Assembly: GCA_033442325.1 (NCBI GenBank)
Contig: JAWQFM010000017.1
Span: 1,043,125-1,107,124 of the forward strand
Length of the DNA: 64,000 nucleotides
Direction of reading: 5' to 3'
DNA from: Salpingoeca rosetta
Taxonomy: Eukaryota > Protista > Choanoflagellata
The notes beneath the pieces are model-generated. The model was not told where the DNA came from. It did no database searches and saw only the letters and a program-made list of their open reading frames with translations. Shown here one piece after another: positions 1 to 33,227 of this stretch. The first letter of the stretch is position 1. Each line of letters opens with the position of its first letter. The translations under genes were made by a program, and so were the position numbers.

Positions 1-429
1 CATACACACACACACACATGCTGAAGGAGTGACGGCACCTGATGGGGAGCATGCGTGTGAGGGACTGGAAGATGATGACTGCGTTGAGGCGGCGGTCAAA
101 TTCGCGCCGCGCAGCCTGCATGCGCGCAAACGACTGAATGGTGACGATGGCCTGACGCACGCGGTTGTAGCGTTGCACGGCAATCCACCGCTTGACGTTC
201 TTCTGGATGATGACCACAATGTGGTAGAGGGCGTGGCTGCGCATCTCCTCCAGCTCGCGCTCAACGCTCTCGCGGATAAACACCTGCAGGGGGAGGGAGA
301 GTGTTGGGCGAAGCTTGTTGGTGAGCAGAGTGCGTTGAGGGCACTCATATTATGGGTGTACAGGTGCGACTTCTCAAACATGGCCATCACAGTCACACAC
401 AGACTCATACAGACAAGAACACAGGAACG

Positions 430-483
<54 letters not shown>

Positions 484-1448
484 TCACACACACACATACA
501 CAAACACACCCATACCCACACACGGCAGACCTTTGTGAGGCCGAGCTGCCAGGAGTCTGCGGGGCTGATGACGAGCTGGGAGAGGATGAGATTCGCCATG
601 CCACGCGGGTCTGACGGTGGCGTCTTGCCCTTCAGCACGGGCCGGAACCTGATGGTTGTTGTAGACGTGGTCGTTGTTGTCGGTGGTGTTGTTGGTGAGG
701 GTGTTGTTGGTGGTTTGAAGGGAAAGCACAAGGAGTGAAACGTGAGGAACGTGGAAGATCATACAAGGAGACACACACATGTGAGTACAGCGCTCGCCTG
801 CGTCACGGTACCATTGCTTCCATTCACCACCACCACCACAGCGACGCCATCACGAGCGCGCGTGTGTTGCTGACCTGAAGTTGAAGGAGTCAAAGTCGAT
901 GCGGACCGGGTATCCGATGCGCCGAATGCGAATTGTCTCCAGCATTCCCGAGTAGCGTAGCTGAGGATGAAGAGTGGTTGACATGGTTGGTGTGGGGATG
1001 AATAAGGCGGCGATGGAAGAGCGAGCACGGTGACATGACCCAACCCATGGTTGTGCAAAAAATCAAGCTCGCAGCAAAGCACATTCACACACACCGAGGT
1101 CGACAGACGACAGAGAGAAAGAGAAACAGAGTTCCACACAGACAGACAGACAGACAGACAGACACACAGACAGACAGACAGACATACACACCGCACCTGG
1201 TTGAGCACGAGCTGGTGCTGGAAGGAGTCTGGGAGTTTGTCTTCGTTGGGTTTGATGCAGCGAACAAAGTACGGGTAGCACTTGGACATTGTGGCAATCA
1301 GGTTGGACAGCGATGTTGTGAACACACTCGCAACCGTCGGCCGCTTGCGGCCAGTCGCGCCTGGTGATGAACACATTCGAAAATGAGGGGATGGGAAAGC
1401 GTGTGAGAGCGTGCATGTGTGTGTATGTGCGTGCGTGCATGCGCGCGC

Positions 1449-1480
<32 letters not shown>

Positions 1481-1846
1481 GTGTGTGTGTGTACGTGTGT
1501 ACCATGTGTTGGTGATCCGTCCAGCTGTTGACACGCGAGTCACACTAACACGCCAACCACATTACTCTCCCCTCCCCACTACCTCCACCACTCCCCGTGC
1601 TGACCTGATGCGCGCCTGACGCTGGCGGACGCGCCGTCGACGTTCAGCAGGTCGCTGATGAACGGAGCGCTGCTCGTACGCATCAGATCCTTCAGGTCCT
1701 CGCGCAGCGTGTCCCGGTTCTTCTCGAGGAACCCGTGCACCTGCCGACGGCCATGGTGCGGTGGTGCGCAGGTGGTCGGGTCGTGTGAGCCCGTGTGTTT
1801 GTACCTTTGCTTGCGTGCGTGTGCGTGCGTGTGTGTGCGTGTGTGT

Positions 1847-1905
<59 letters not shown>

Positions 1906-2835
1906 CGCGTGTGTGTGCGTGTGTGTGTGTGTGTGTGTACTGACCGTGTACCAGACGTTGCCAGCGTAGTGCTTGATGCCAAACTGCGGGCTGCGTGTCT
2001 TGGGGACGAGGAAAAACTCGTCAGACTTGTGTTGCGCCGTCACCTTTGACAGGAACCCGTCATCCGTTCCCCTGTGGCAATCACGACAACAAAGGCGGCG
2101 CAAGGCGACAATCGTGTTTTCGTGGACGTGGGCGCGGGCGTGTGAGTCGATGAGAGCACATACTCACCGAGCTTGTGTGCTCGTTTGCATCTGTTTGCCA
2201 TCGCTCAACCCTGTAAACGTGTAGCACCATCACACTCCTCGTCCCCGCACAACATCTCGTCATCATCATCAACATCATCAACATCATCAACATCATCATC
2301 ATCATCATCATAGCCACCACCACCACCCATCCATGCACCCTCTTCTTCACGTGCGACTGCACCTTGGGAAGTTTGATTCGTCATCGAGAATGTGCATGAC
2401 ACCGACGGGCTTCTTGGCGATGAGGTCCAGACAGCCCTGGTTGTCTGAGAACGTAATCTTCGTCCAGTCAATGTTCTCCTTGTCGTAAATGGCCTGCTCC
2501 AGCTTGAAGATGTGCCTGCAGGCAACGCATGATGAGGGTGAAGGAAGGGGCGTGGCGTGAGTCGGGAAGCGGAGAAGGGCAAGCGGGAGGCGCAATGGTA
2601 TTCACAAGGCGGGACAAGCGTTGCTGCGTATGTGAACGTGAGACAAAAAAAAAAAAAAAAGGACCGGCACACGATCACACACATGTGCACGCAAACACGC
2701 CACGTGTAACGCACTCGTTGAAGTAGTATTGCAGGTTCTCGTTTGCAAAGTTGATGCAGAGCTGCTCAAAACTGTTCATCTTGAAGTCCTCAAACCCAAA
2801 AATGTCCAGAATGCCAATGGAGAACACCTGCGCCA

Positions 2836-2923
<88 letters not shown>

Positions 2924-3809
2924 TGAGTGAGTGTTGAAGAACATCATTGTCGCGTCACAACAAAGGGGATCATGGCAAACTTGGAGCCGCGATCATCCAT
3001 CCACTCTGTCACTGCCAACAGACGCAACCAAACAGAACAAAATGCGCACCTTTGCGTGCTTGTCGATGATGCTGTTGATGCGGGTGACGAGCCACGCGAA
3101 CATGTTTGAGTACAGCGCTTTGGCCAGCGCATCTCGGGTGTCTGGCGATCGGAAACAAACGAAGAAAAGCGGGGACGATGAAGTGAATCAGCAGAGATGG
3201 CAATCAAGAAAGTAACACAGACAAATTAACACCGACAGACAGACACACACTCCCTCCGATGCACCTGTTGCCTGTTCGAGGTTGAGCGGGGTGACGAAGC
3301 GCTCGCCGCGGGTGACGGAGCTCCTGGTGACCAGGTTCTCGTTCAAACCGTCGGCGCTCACGCCAAGCAGGCCCGCCACCACCCCAATCTTGTCGTAGTC
3401 GCGGATCTGTTGCGGTCAACGCGTGACGGTGAAGTGGTGATGGGTAAAGTTGTGGTGTGGTTGTGTAGTGATGGTGGGGACACGACGATGGTGAGAAGTG
3501 GCGAGGAACGGGAACACAATGAGCTCTTGAGGGTAGATTGAGTTCATGCAGGCCCTTTGGATGGCATGGATGGCGTATGTGTGGTAAACGTGTGGTGTGC
3601 GAACACTCGAGACGTACGCGTGTCGTCTCCATGTTGTTTTTGGAGTCGGTGTCGAATTCGGTGTTTCCAAGATGCAAAACAGCAGCGAGCACGCGAAACA
3701 TCGACTCCTGTGGCGGTGAGATGGAGGGGAAGGGGGGTTGGTGAGATTGTGGTGAGATATGAGCTGAAGCACCAGGACTCCCTTGAAACTGCATGATGGT
3801 GCATTCAAG

Positions 3810-3870
<61 letters not shown>

Positions 3871-5080
3871 ACACACAAACAACCGGGTCTAGCGGATGTA
3901 CCTGTTCAATTGGTTTGAAGGATAGGACCTCCAGAGCACTCTGCACGCGCTGGAAGTCCTCCTCGTCGTCTTTGTTGGCAATTTGGGGCACACCGCCCTG
4001 GTTCAGGTAGGCGTACTCCTGCCAGTTGGTGGGAGTGGTGGTTGGTTGGTTGTGTAAGGGAGGGTGTCCGAAAGTCAACGGGGCAGATATGGCTTCTGCT
4101 CCTACAATCGCAACGGCAACAACAACAACAACCACGGCAGCAGCAACGCGCGCGCACGCACACACACAATCACACGCACACGCAATCACACCTCCGGGGC
4201 GCCGAGGGTGAGCTTTGCCTTCTGCTGCGGAGTGAGACCGACGAGCATCTCGTAGAAGATGTGGTAGTTGCGCTCGCCTTCCTGATGGCACACAATCCGC
4301 GACTTCTCAAGCAGATACTGCACAGGCGAAAGAGGAAGATTTGGTTTGGTTGGTTGTGTGTGTGAGTAGTGATGAGGGGGAAATGAAGACCCACCATGAA
4401 ATGGCACACACAGACACAGACACACAGACACACACACCCTCACAATTACGCAACCTACCCCCCCCCCCCAATTTTCATACCTGCTTGATGGAGCAGCCGC
4501 CAATGGCCATCTTCTTATTGTAGTGGAGCTCCGTGTACTTTCCGAAGCGTGACGAGTTGTGGTTGCGCAATGTTTTAGCGTTTCCAAACGACTCCAACAG
4601 CGGGTTTGCCTCAAGGATTTGTTCAGACACCCTGGCACGCGCACGCGCGGTCGCAGCACAGACAAGGGCGATTGTGGCGGTGATCGTGAGAACGGGTGGA
4701 GAGAGGGGGGGGGGACAGATGCACACACACCACTTTCTGCTTTCCCTTCCCCATCAACACATATGCTCACATGCCCTAACACACACGCACACACAGACAC
4801 ACACACGCACGCACGCACACACACAGACACACACACACACACACACAGACACAGACACACACACACACACACACACACACACCCCCCCCACTCCTTTCCA
4901 TTCTCTCGTCCCTACCAACACACGTGTGCACGCACATTGATCGCTCTGGGTTAACGGCGGCGAGGTACTGCATGATGAGTTTTGTGGACTCGGTCTTGCC
5001 CGCCCCGCTCTCGCCGCTGATGACAACACACTGATTCTGCTTCGTCTTGGTGATCCCATCCACTGTTTGAGGAGGAGGAG

Positions 5081-5162
<82 letters not shown>

Positions 5163-5656
5163 GGAGGGAGTGAAGGGGAAGATGGTGGTGATGCATGATG
5201 CACGATGTACGGAAGAATGTGAGCAACAAGTGGTGGACACGAGTTGCAGAGGGAACGAGAGAGACACAAAGCACCACAACCACAGCCACAGCCACAACCA
5301 CAACCTCATCCTCATCCTCATCATTGCCACCGCAGCCACGAGCGCCACCGCCACCGCCGCTGCTACAATCCCTGTTACGCACGTGCGGCGTTGCCGATGG
5401 CGAAGATGTGTGGCGGCTGTGTTCCGAGCAGTTTCCCCTCATACATGCGCACATCCTCCACGCGGTAGATGTTCAGGTCCCGGTACGGGTTCACCGCAAC
5501 AAGGATCGACCCCTGCCACACAAGGACGCGAGGGCGGGTGGAGGGTTTGATTTGTGTTGAGTGTGTACGTACATGTGCGTGTGCGTTACGCTCGCTCTAC
5601 TGATGTTGCAGCTGCAACTGTGCGGCGTTGCACCATACAGCAACGCGTGCATACAG

Positions 5657-5711
<55 letters not shown>

Positions 5712-5967
5712 CATACACACACACACACAAACACATGTACAAGCCCTCTCCAACAGCTAGACCACCGCGAGTTGTCGCACCGTGTATGTGTAGATCTTGC
5801 CCGAGCTGTACCGCAGCTGCAAGTTGTGCAGCAGCGACCCTTCATGCAGATCCTGCAGCTGGATCATGTCCTCAACACCTGTCATGTCACCACCAAACAA
5901 CACGCGCCAATCACATCAAGTACCAGTGAGCCTCGCATGCACGTGTGTGTGTGTGTGTGTGTGTGTT

Positions 5968-6032
<65 letters not shown>

Positions 6033-6706
6033 AAACACAACAGGTAGCAGTGGCAGTGGAGTGGTGTCGTGCGCACCGTTGATGGAGGTTGACTTCATGG
6101 CAGAGACCTTGTCCTTCTCAACGGAGTGGATCTGGTTCTCCTCTGCATCTTTGACCTAAGGTAGTGGAGCACGTCATGGGCATTTGTTGACGGATGGGTG
6201 TGGCGGGGGTTTAGTATCTTACAGCACCCCACAACAGAACCAACTCGCTTCGCATACACCCACACACCCACACACCCACGCACGCACACACATACACACA
6301 CACGCACATCAATCACACCTCATAGCCGCGGCCTTTGAGCTGGACAACAACAGCGGGAAGGGCGTAATCCTTGATGCCAAACGCCCACACTTGTGTTCCC
6401 TGTCCCAATGTAAATGACAGCCGATCGCCAACCCACACCACGATTTGTTGGATGAGAAAACAAACGCAAACAACATGCATGCACCTACATTTCCAGTCAT
6501 CCAGCCAAGCCAGCCAGCCAGCCAGCCAACACGACATCAAACCAAAACAACTCTGCCACTCTGCCACTCACGCACACGCATATACACACTCTCTCTGCCA
6601 CTCACGCACACACACACACACACACACACGCACATACACAAACACAAAAACGCACACACACACACACACACACGTACACCAGCCAGCACGAACGTACCAC
6701 TTCCAT
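1..6706 (-). CDS. Unconventional myosin, myosin VII-like (N-terminal SH3-like region, motor domain, at least 3 IQ motifs); tail lies beyond the left edge
   Basis: About 20 GT-AG exons. Start MEV|GTQVWAFG at ATG 6706. Motifs: [36 protein letters not shown]-loop [10 protein letters not shown] (~4990-5020), switch [21 protein letters not shown], switch [12 protein letters not shown], actin-binding [22 protein letters not shown], and IQ motifs IQKNVKRW / IQSFARM / FQSLTRM (~40-284). Myosin identity is certain. The class is inferred from the TS..GVEDMI.L.DL N-terminus and is less sure without the tail. Confidence 0.95.
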
Positions 6707-7741
6707 GATGCCGGCGGTGTTTCTTCGTCGTCACCGGGCCCTCCCCCCCAACTCGCCAACCAACACAACCTTGAATGTGTGATGGCTGAGCACTCCAAAT
6801 CTGTGTCAAAGTCGCCACAAACTGCAACGACCACACCCTTCTTCAGACAGCACCAACACCGCCGTTTTTTGTTCTCTTGTTGGCTCTTGCTGCTCTCGAC
6901 GACCCCTTCCTTTGCGTCTTAGAATGTGCGTGCAGCGGTTTTGGTCTGGCCCAGCCAGAGAGAGGAGGTTCGCACGCCTCACACACCCTGACACCCCAAG
7001 CAAGCCACAGCGCACAAGCACAAGCCTCGCTCTTGCCTTCTTTGCTTGTCGGTTGTGTAGGCAGGCAAGTTTTCCGTTTTTCGCCCTTTCTTCCTCCTTC
7101 GTATCCGCCCTCTTCCCTCTCCTGCGTGAGTAACCGCACAGGCGAAAAATAGTAAGAGTCTTTGATAAAATTTCCGTACTCGGACACTCTAAACGTGTCT
7201 GACTTGAAATCGAGCCTGACGGAGCGAGGGAGGCTGACGAAGCAGTGGCGTTGTGGTGCGATGGGGTGCACCACCAAAACGTTGATGCAGGCAAACACAG
7301 GCAGCAGAAGGGGCAAGGGGGCAAGGAAGGCATGACAACCATGCGGCTGGGGAATGTGCACACACGATGAAGTGGGCTGGGTGTGTTTGCCTTCCGCGTT
7401 TGCCTGCCTTCTTTCTTGCTTGCCTGCTCGTTTCGTCAGCTGCTCGCTCAGTTCGTCGGTGACACAGCAACAGCGGCAGCAAAACTTGTTTGTTGGTGGT
7501 GGATGAGACAGCACAAAGCAAGGCACGCATTGAGATAGACAGGGCAAGACTGGAGCACAGCCAGCCAGCCAGGCAACAGAACTGACGCACACAGCGGTCA
7601 ATATCATCAGGCACCTTCATCAACACAGCCAGTCAACGCACAACACACCTACCAAGCACAGCAGACGTCCCTCAAGGCACCAACCGAGTCCTGCCAGCAG
7701 CTGTTCATCCGCACGACCGGGCGCGTTCGTGTTGACGCGAG

Positions 7742-14424
<6,683 letters not shown>

Positions 14425-15003
14425 TGATGGTGGTGGCGGTGATGGTTATGCGATGGTGGCGATGTGGTAATGGTTGTGATGGCAATATGTGATGGTGATG
14501 GTGGTGTACATGCGCGAACAGTTTTGTTTTCGCCCTGTGTGCAGAGCAATATGTGCTGGTCTTCTTTGTCTTTCATTGACTGCTCTCTTCTTCGGTGATC
14601 CGTGAAGTGGTGGTTTGCCGTGTATGTGCGAGCGCGTGCACTGTTGTAGCACCATCACCCGTGTGCCTTGGTTTTGCTTCCCTGCTTTGTTTGCTTGTTA
14701 CTTCTTTGTGCACGTGTATTTGTGCTTCTGTGTCGACTCATGCATGGCTGCTGACTTGGCTGGCTGTGCTGTTTTGTACTCTTGCTTGCATTCTCATATT
14801 GACTTTGGTGGTGCATCGGAGAGGGGGAGGGGGCTAGCAGAGAAAGTAAAACCTTTGCAATGTGTATGTATGGCTAGACGAGATAAGCAGAGGGGGTGGT
14901 GGGTGGTGTGGTGTTTAAGGGAGGTGGGGGGGGGGGCTTTCGCAGAGCAAGCGGAGGAAAGGACGATCATCGGTTAACAAGTGACAAGAGCCTGAAGCGT
15001 GGG

Positions 15004-15573
15004 TCACACTGGAGAGAAGGTGAAATCGTCGTCGTCGCTTGGATACCACAGGGTGTTGTCCGAGGACGGCTCATCACTTGGCACCACATTCAAGGGCACC
15101 TGATCCTGTGAGTGCGTGTGTGATGGACGGGAGAGGTGGAGGGTGCGGGGAGATGTGCGTGATGCCGGTTGTGGGGAATGCGTGTGGGGAATGTGTGCGT
15201 TGTGACAGCAGTGACAGGCGTCTCCAAGGTTGTACACACACACACATATAGAGTCAGACACACACACATAGAGTCAGACACACACACATAGAGTCAGACA
15301 CACACACACACACACACACACACGCACGCACGCACGCACACACACACACACACATACACACTCACACGTTCATAAACACACCTGTGGTTGTGCCGTTGAG
15401 AGGATGGCCCGTCCAACAAAGTTGAGTGGGCCATTCTTGTCCTCCAGCTCCACCAGTGCCGTCTGCTGCTGTTGTTGCTGCTCACAGAGCGTGGTTGAGA
15501 TCAAGGGAGAGTGGATGGAAGGAGGGCGAGTCAGTGAGCGAGGTCGCGTCGTTGGGCGGAAGTACCGTACGGA

Positions 15574-15672
<99 letters not shown>

Positions 15673-15767
15673 GCAGCGACGGCTGCCTGTGCGCTTGTCT
15701 CCTTCTGAGCCTTGGCGGCAGTGACGCTGGGCAAGTGCACCAGCGGGGGTATCCTCAAGAAGCTCAT
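15004..15767 (-). CDS. Small (~97 aa) 3-exon protein, APC15 (anaphase-promoting complex subunit 15)-like
   Basis: Exons 15767-15672, ~15477-15382 and 15105-15004, all phase 0: MSFLRIPPLVHLP...AAQQQQQTALVELEDKNGPLNFVGRA...DQVP...YPSDDDDFTFSPV*. From memory this resembles the APC15 pattern M..LFP.L.P ... QQ.Q..L..I.EKD..L.PIGK plus an acidic tail. The gene model is good; the family call is tentative. Confidence 0.55.
15239..15300 (+). repeat. 20-bp intronic tandem repeat (cacacacatagagtcagaca) x3
   Basis: Three consecutive copies. Confidence 0.85.
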
Positions 15768-15824
15768 TCCTGTGTCTTGTGTCTGTAACCGTTGTTGCTG
15801 TTGTTGATTTTGTTGCAGTTGGGA

Positions 15825-18661
<2,837 letters not shown>

Positions 18662-18705
18662 CGCTGATGCGGAACAAAATTGTCGGCAGTGGCAATGAAT
18701 GCGCC

Positions 18706-18786
<81 letters not shown>

Positions 18787-19081
18787 CATTCCTGCCGCTG
18801 TTGATTGCAGTTCTTATTGATAACAAATACGTGACAACAGCAACTACAACAGTGAAGCATCTGGAAGAAACAAAACAATGCACAGAATCAAACCAGCAAC
18901 CGACACACACATACACATCAGTGGACTGGGCGAAAGCGGACCTACGACTGGACACAAAGGAGGCGATACACACACACACACGCACACACACACACGCACG
19001 CACACACACTCACTCAAACGTGCTCAGACAACAAACAATGGACTCTCAATATGACAACACACAGCAAGAACAGCATCATCA

Positions 19082-20371
<1,290 letters not shown>

Positions 20372-20634
20372 GGCTACACCCGTAGGCAAGAATGGGGCAG
20401 ATGGGCAGGGTGAGGAGCAAGGGAGGGTGCGTGATGAGGTGTGAATGCGTCCTCGCTTGCTTGCTTGTTGCTTGCTTGCTTGCTTGGTGTGTTGTTGCTG
20501 GTCCACGCGGCGAGTGTGATTCGTGAAGATTAATGGGCATTGTTCATAATATTCGGCATTCGAGCAACAGGAGGCAACGAGGATCGAACCAGCAGCGCAA
20601 GAAGCAAAGCAACAAAGGCAAACACGCTGGGGGG

Positions 20635-21586
20635 ATGAAGGGGTTGGTGGTGGTGAAGCGGCGTCATGAGGAGGACGCAGCAGAGGCCCTCCGTAAGTGC
20701 TCTGTGTGTGCGTGTACATGTGTGTGCGTTTGTGTGTGTGCATGTGTGTGTGTGCATGTGTGTGTGCATGTGTGTGTGCATGTGTGCGTATATGTGTGTG
20801 GCGCGTATTTGCGTACGGTGTGCGAAAACTCCGTCCCTCGCTCACATGTGTGTGCTTGTACACACCCTCTCATTTCACGTTGCAGGCGTGTTTGCCAGCA
20901 AACGAGGCAAACGCGGCGATGATGACGACGACAATGCAAAAGCAGAGGTTGGCGTTGACCATGCCGGAAATGTAAAAGGCGAACGCCAAGGACCCGCAGA
21001 CAGGGAGCCTGTCGTCTTGAGACGAATTCACACAGCGTCACGACGAGTGCTCGACAAGGACCAGCACAACACTCTCCTTGTAAGCCACTTGGATTGTGTG
21101 TGTGTGTGTGTGCGCGTTTGGAAGACGCAAGCCCTGCCTTTTCCTTGCCTTGTTGAGCGTTCGCGTATCTCACAGTCTGTTTGGCCGTTGTTGTGGGCAA
21201 CCAGTCTTCACTGCTCAAACAAGACCCAGGTGCCGTCAAGCAGCGCGGCGTCAAAGCAACAGGCAAACAGTCACACAAGGACAGGTGGGCATGCACGTCC
21301 CCCTGTGTACATGTGCGCGCGTGTGTGTTGCTGTTGCCATCTGAGCTGTGAGCGTGTGTGCTGTGCTTGCTGCTGTGTCTGCGCTTGTTTCCTTTCGCTC
21401 CCTCACCTGCTCGTGTGACCGCGTGTGTTCAGGATGAAGCGAAGTGCGCAGCAGGAGCGCCAGGCGCGGCGGTTTGCCTATGTCACCCGCAAACGCAGCG
21501 ACTCAGAAGTGGTGTGTATACGTACGTGCATGCATGCATGTGTGTCGCATGCAACAACAACAACAACAACAAATCTCTTTCAATCG

Positions 21587-21669
<83 letters not shown>

Positions 21670-22853
21670 CACCTGCACTGCTGCGTGCGTGTGTGCGTGC
21701 TGGCAGATGATTGAATTGGAAACAGAGGGCGCGCGGCAGCTGCGGGACTCGGCACGCGCGCTGTCTTCGTTGCAGACGATGAGCATCACGTGCAACGGCG
21801 TGCCGATGGAGGTGCGATCGACCGCAGGAAGCAAGGCGACGAAGACACACGCGCACACTGGTGGTGATGATGGTGACGATGGTGATAGTGCAGACGGCGG
21901 TTTGCGCGGGAAACGAAGCAAAGGTGGCAATGATGATGACGGTGATGATGAGGATGATGATGAAGGGCAATATGTGTATGACTTTTACTACAATGAGGAG
22001 TTTGCCAAACTGGCCGACACCGGAACCGCACTGGACAGGTGTGTGTGCGTATGTGTGCGTGTGCATGTGTGTCTGTGGCTGTGTGCGCATGTGTGCGTGC
22101 GTATGTGTGCGTGTGCATGTGTGTCTGTGTGCGTGTGCATGTGTGTCTGTGTGCGTGTGTCTGTGTCTGTGTGTCTGTATCTGTGCGCGCCATAATTGTG
22201 CATTTGAGCATGCTTGCCTTCAAAGTCTGCGTTTCCTAATCTTTCTTCCCCACCAACACCCGCCCCTCCACTCCTCCCCCGTGCGTGCAGGCTTGAGTTT
22301 GAGGAGGATGTGCTGATGGACTACGACGCAGAGTCTGACGACGACAATCTTGGCCTCTACGACGATGACGACGACAGCAACGACGGTGCGTCGCGGGTTT
22401 GTTGTTGTAATAAAGACTTGGGAGGGAGGGGAGAGGTTTACAACGGAGGCGTGATGTTTGGTGATGGTGTCAACAAAGACTCCCCCTCCTGCACTCACAA
22501 GTGTGCACGACTGTTCATTTCCCCCACCAGCACGCACACACTCACATCCAAAACAAACACATACACAAACACACACACATGCATACGTACACAAACTCCA
22601 CACACCAGAGGGTAACTGGCGAAACGACTACCCAGATGAGGAGGACATGTTTGATGAAGTGGATGACGAGCACATGCAGGACTGGGATGGAGGCAATGGC
22701 TTTGGTGGATATGGCGACGATGACACCTTTGATTCAGACGATGATGACAGCGGCGATAGGAGAAGGTACAGGTATGGCGGCGGTGACGGCGGTGGTTTCG
22801 AGTCGCTGCTGAGGATCAGTTCAAGGACAATGAGGCAAGGCGAGAGCAGTGAT

Positions 22854-22885
<32 letters not shown>

Positions 22886-22970
22886 TGATGGTACTGGTTT
22901 GTACCGTGGGTATCATGCAGATGCAGGCAATGCAAGCGACGCCATGGGCTGGATTGGTGGCGACTACTAG
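20635..22970 (+). CDS. IWR1: Iwr1/SLC7A6OS family RNA polymerase II nuclear import adaptor
   Basis: N-terminal LVVVKRRHEEDAAEAL.VFASKR, ITCNGVPMEV, acidic DDEGQYVYDFYY, and C-terminal DDDDSNDEGNWRNDYPDEED (Iwr1 signature). An in-frame upstream ATG at 20533 is an alternative start. Confidence 0.9.
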
Positions 22971-23246
22971 GCTGTTGGCGTGTGTGCATATGTGTTGTGT
23001 GACCGTAACTGACTTCCTACTTCATAGCTTTCTCCCACCGCCGCACACACAACTCGGCTGTCTTGTTTCTCTTCTCTTCTCTCCTCTTGCTCGCTTCGAC
23101 CACATCCGATGATTGTTGATATTTTGCAATACATTTCCCTATCCAACTGAAACGACAGCAAAGCCAACATCCAAACACCAACACAGCACAACACCAACAA
23201 CCAACTTCAACAACAGCTGGGCCACCGACCGGCGAACCGACCAGCC

Positions 23247-32845
<9,599 letters not shown>

Positions 32846-32893
32846 TGTGATGTGGTCATGGTGATGTGGTGTGACAGGCGCGTGGTCGTGATC

Positions 32894-32963
<70 letters not shown>

Positions 32964-33174
32964 TGTGATATCGATAGCATGGCGATGGCAGGACATGCGG
33001 TTTTGGCGGTTGTTTCTTCTTCATTTGCTTGAATTCCAATACAAGACAGCGACTTACACAGCATGCCCCAATGTGAGGTAGCGCGTGAATGGTAATGTAA
33101 CATTCGATAGGGAGGAGACAGAAGAGGCTTGAGTCAAAGCAGTCATGGAACTCAGTCGATAAAATAGTTCCAGC

Positions 33175-33220
<46 letters not shown>

Positions 33221-33227
33221 CGCGTGG

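Noticed and set aside
7075-7150. Inverted TTTTCGCC / GGCGAAAA E2F-like sites in the divergent spacer
   Set aside because: Short motifs that may occur by chance; no supporting evidence.
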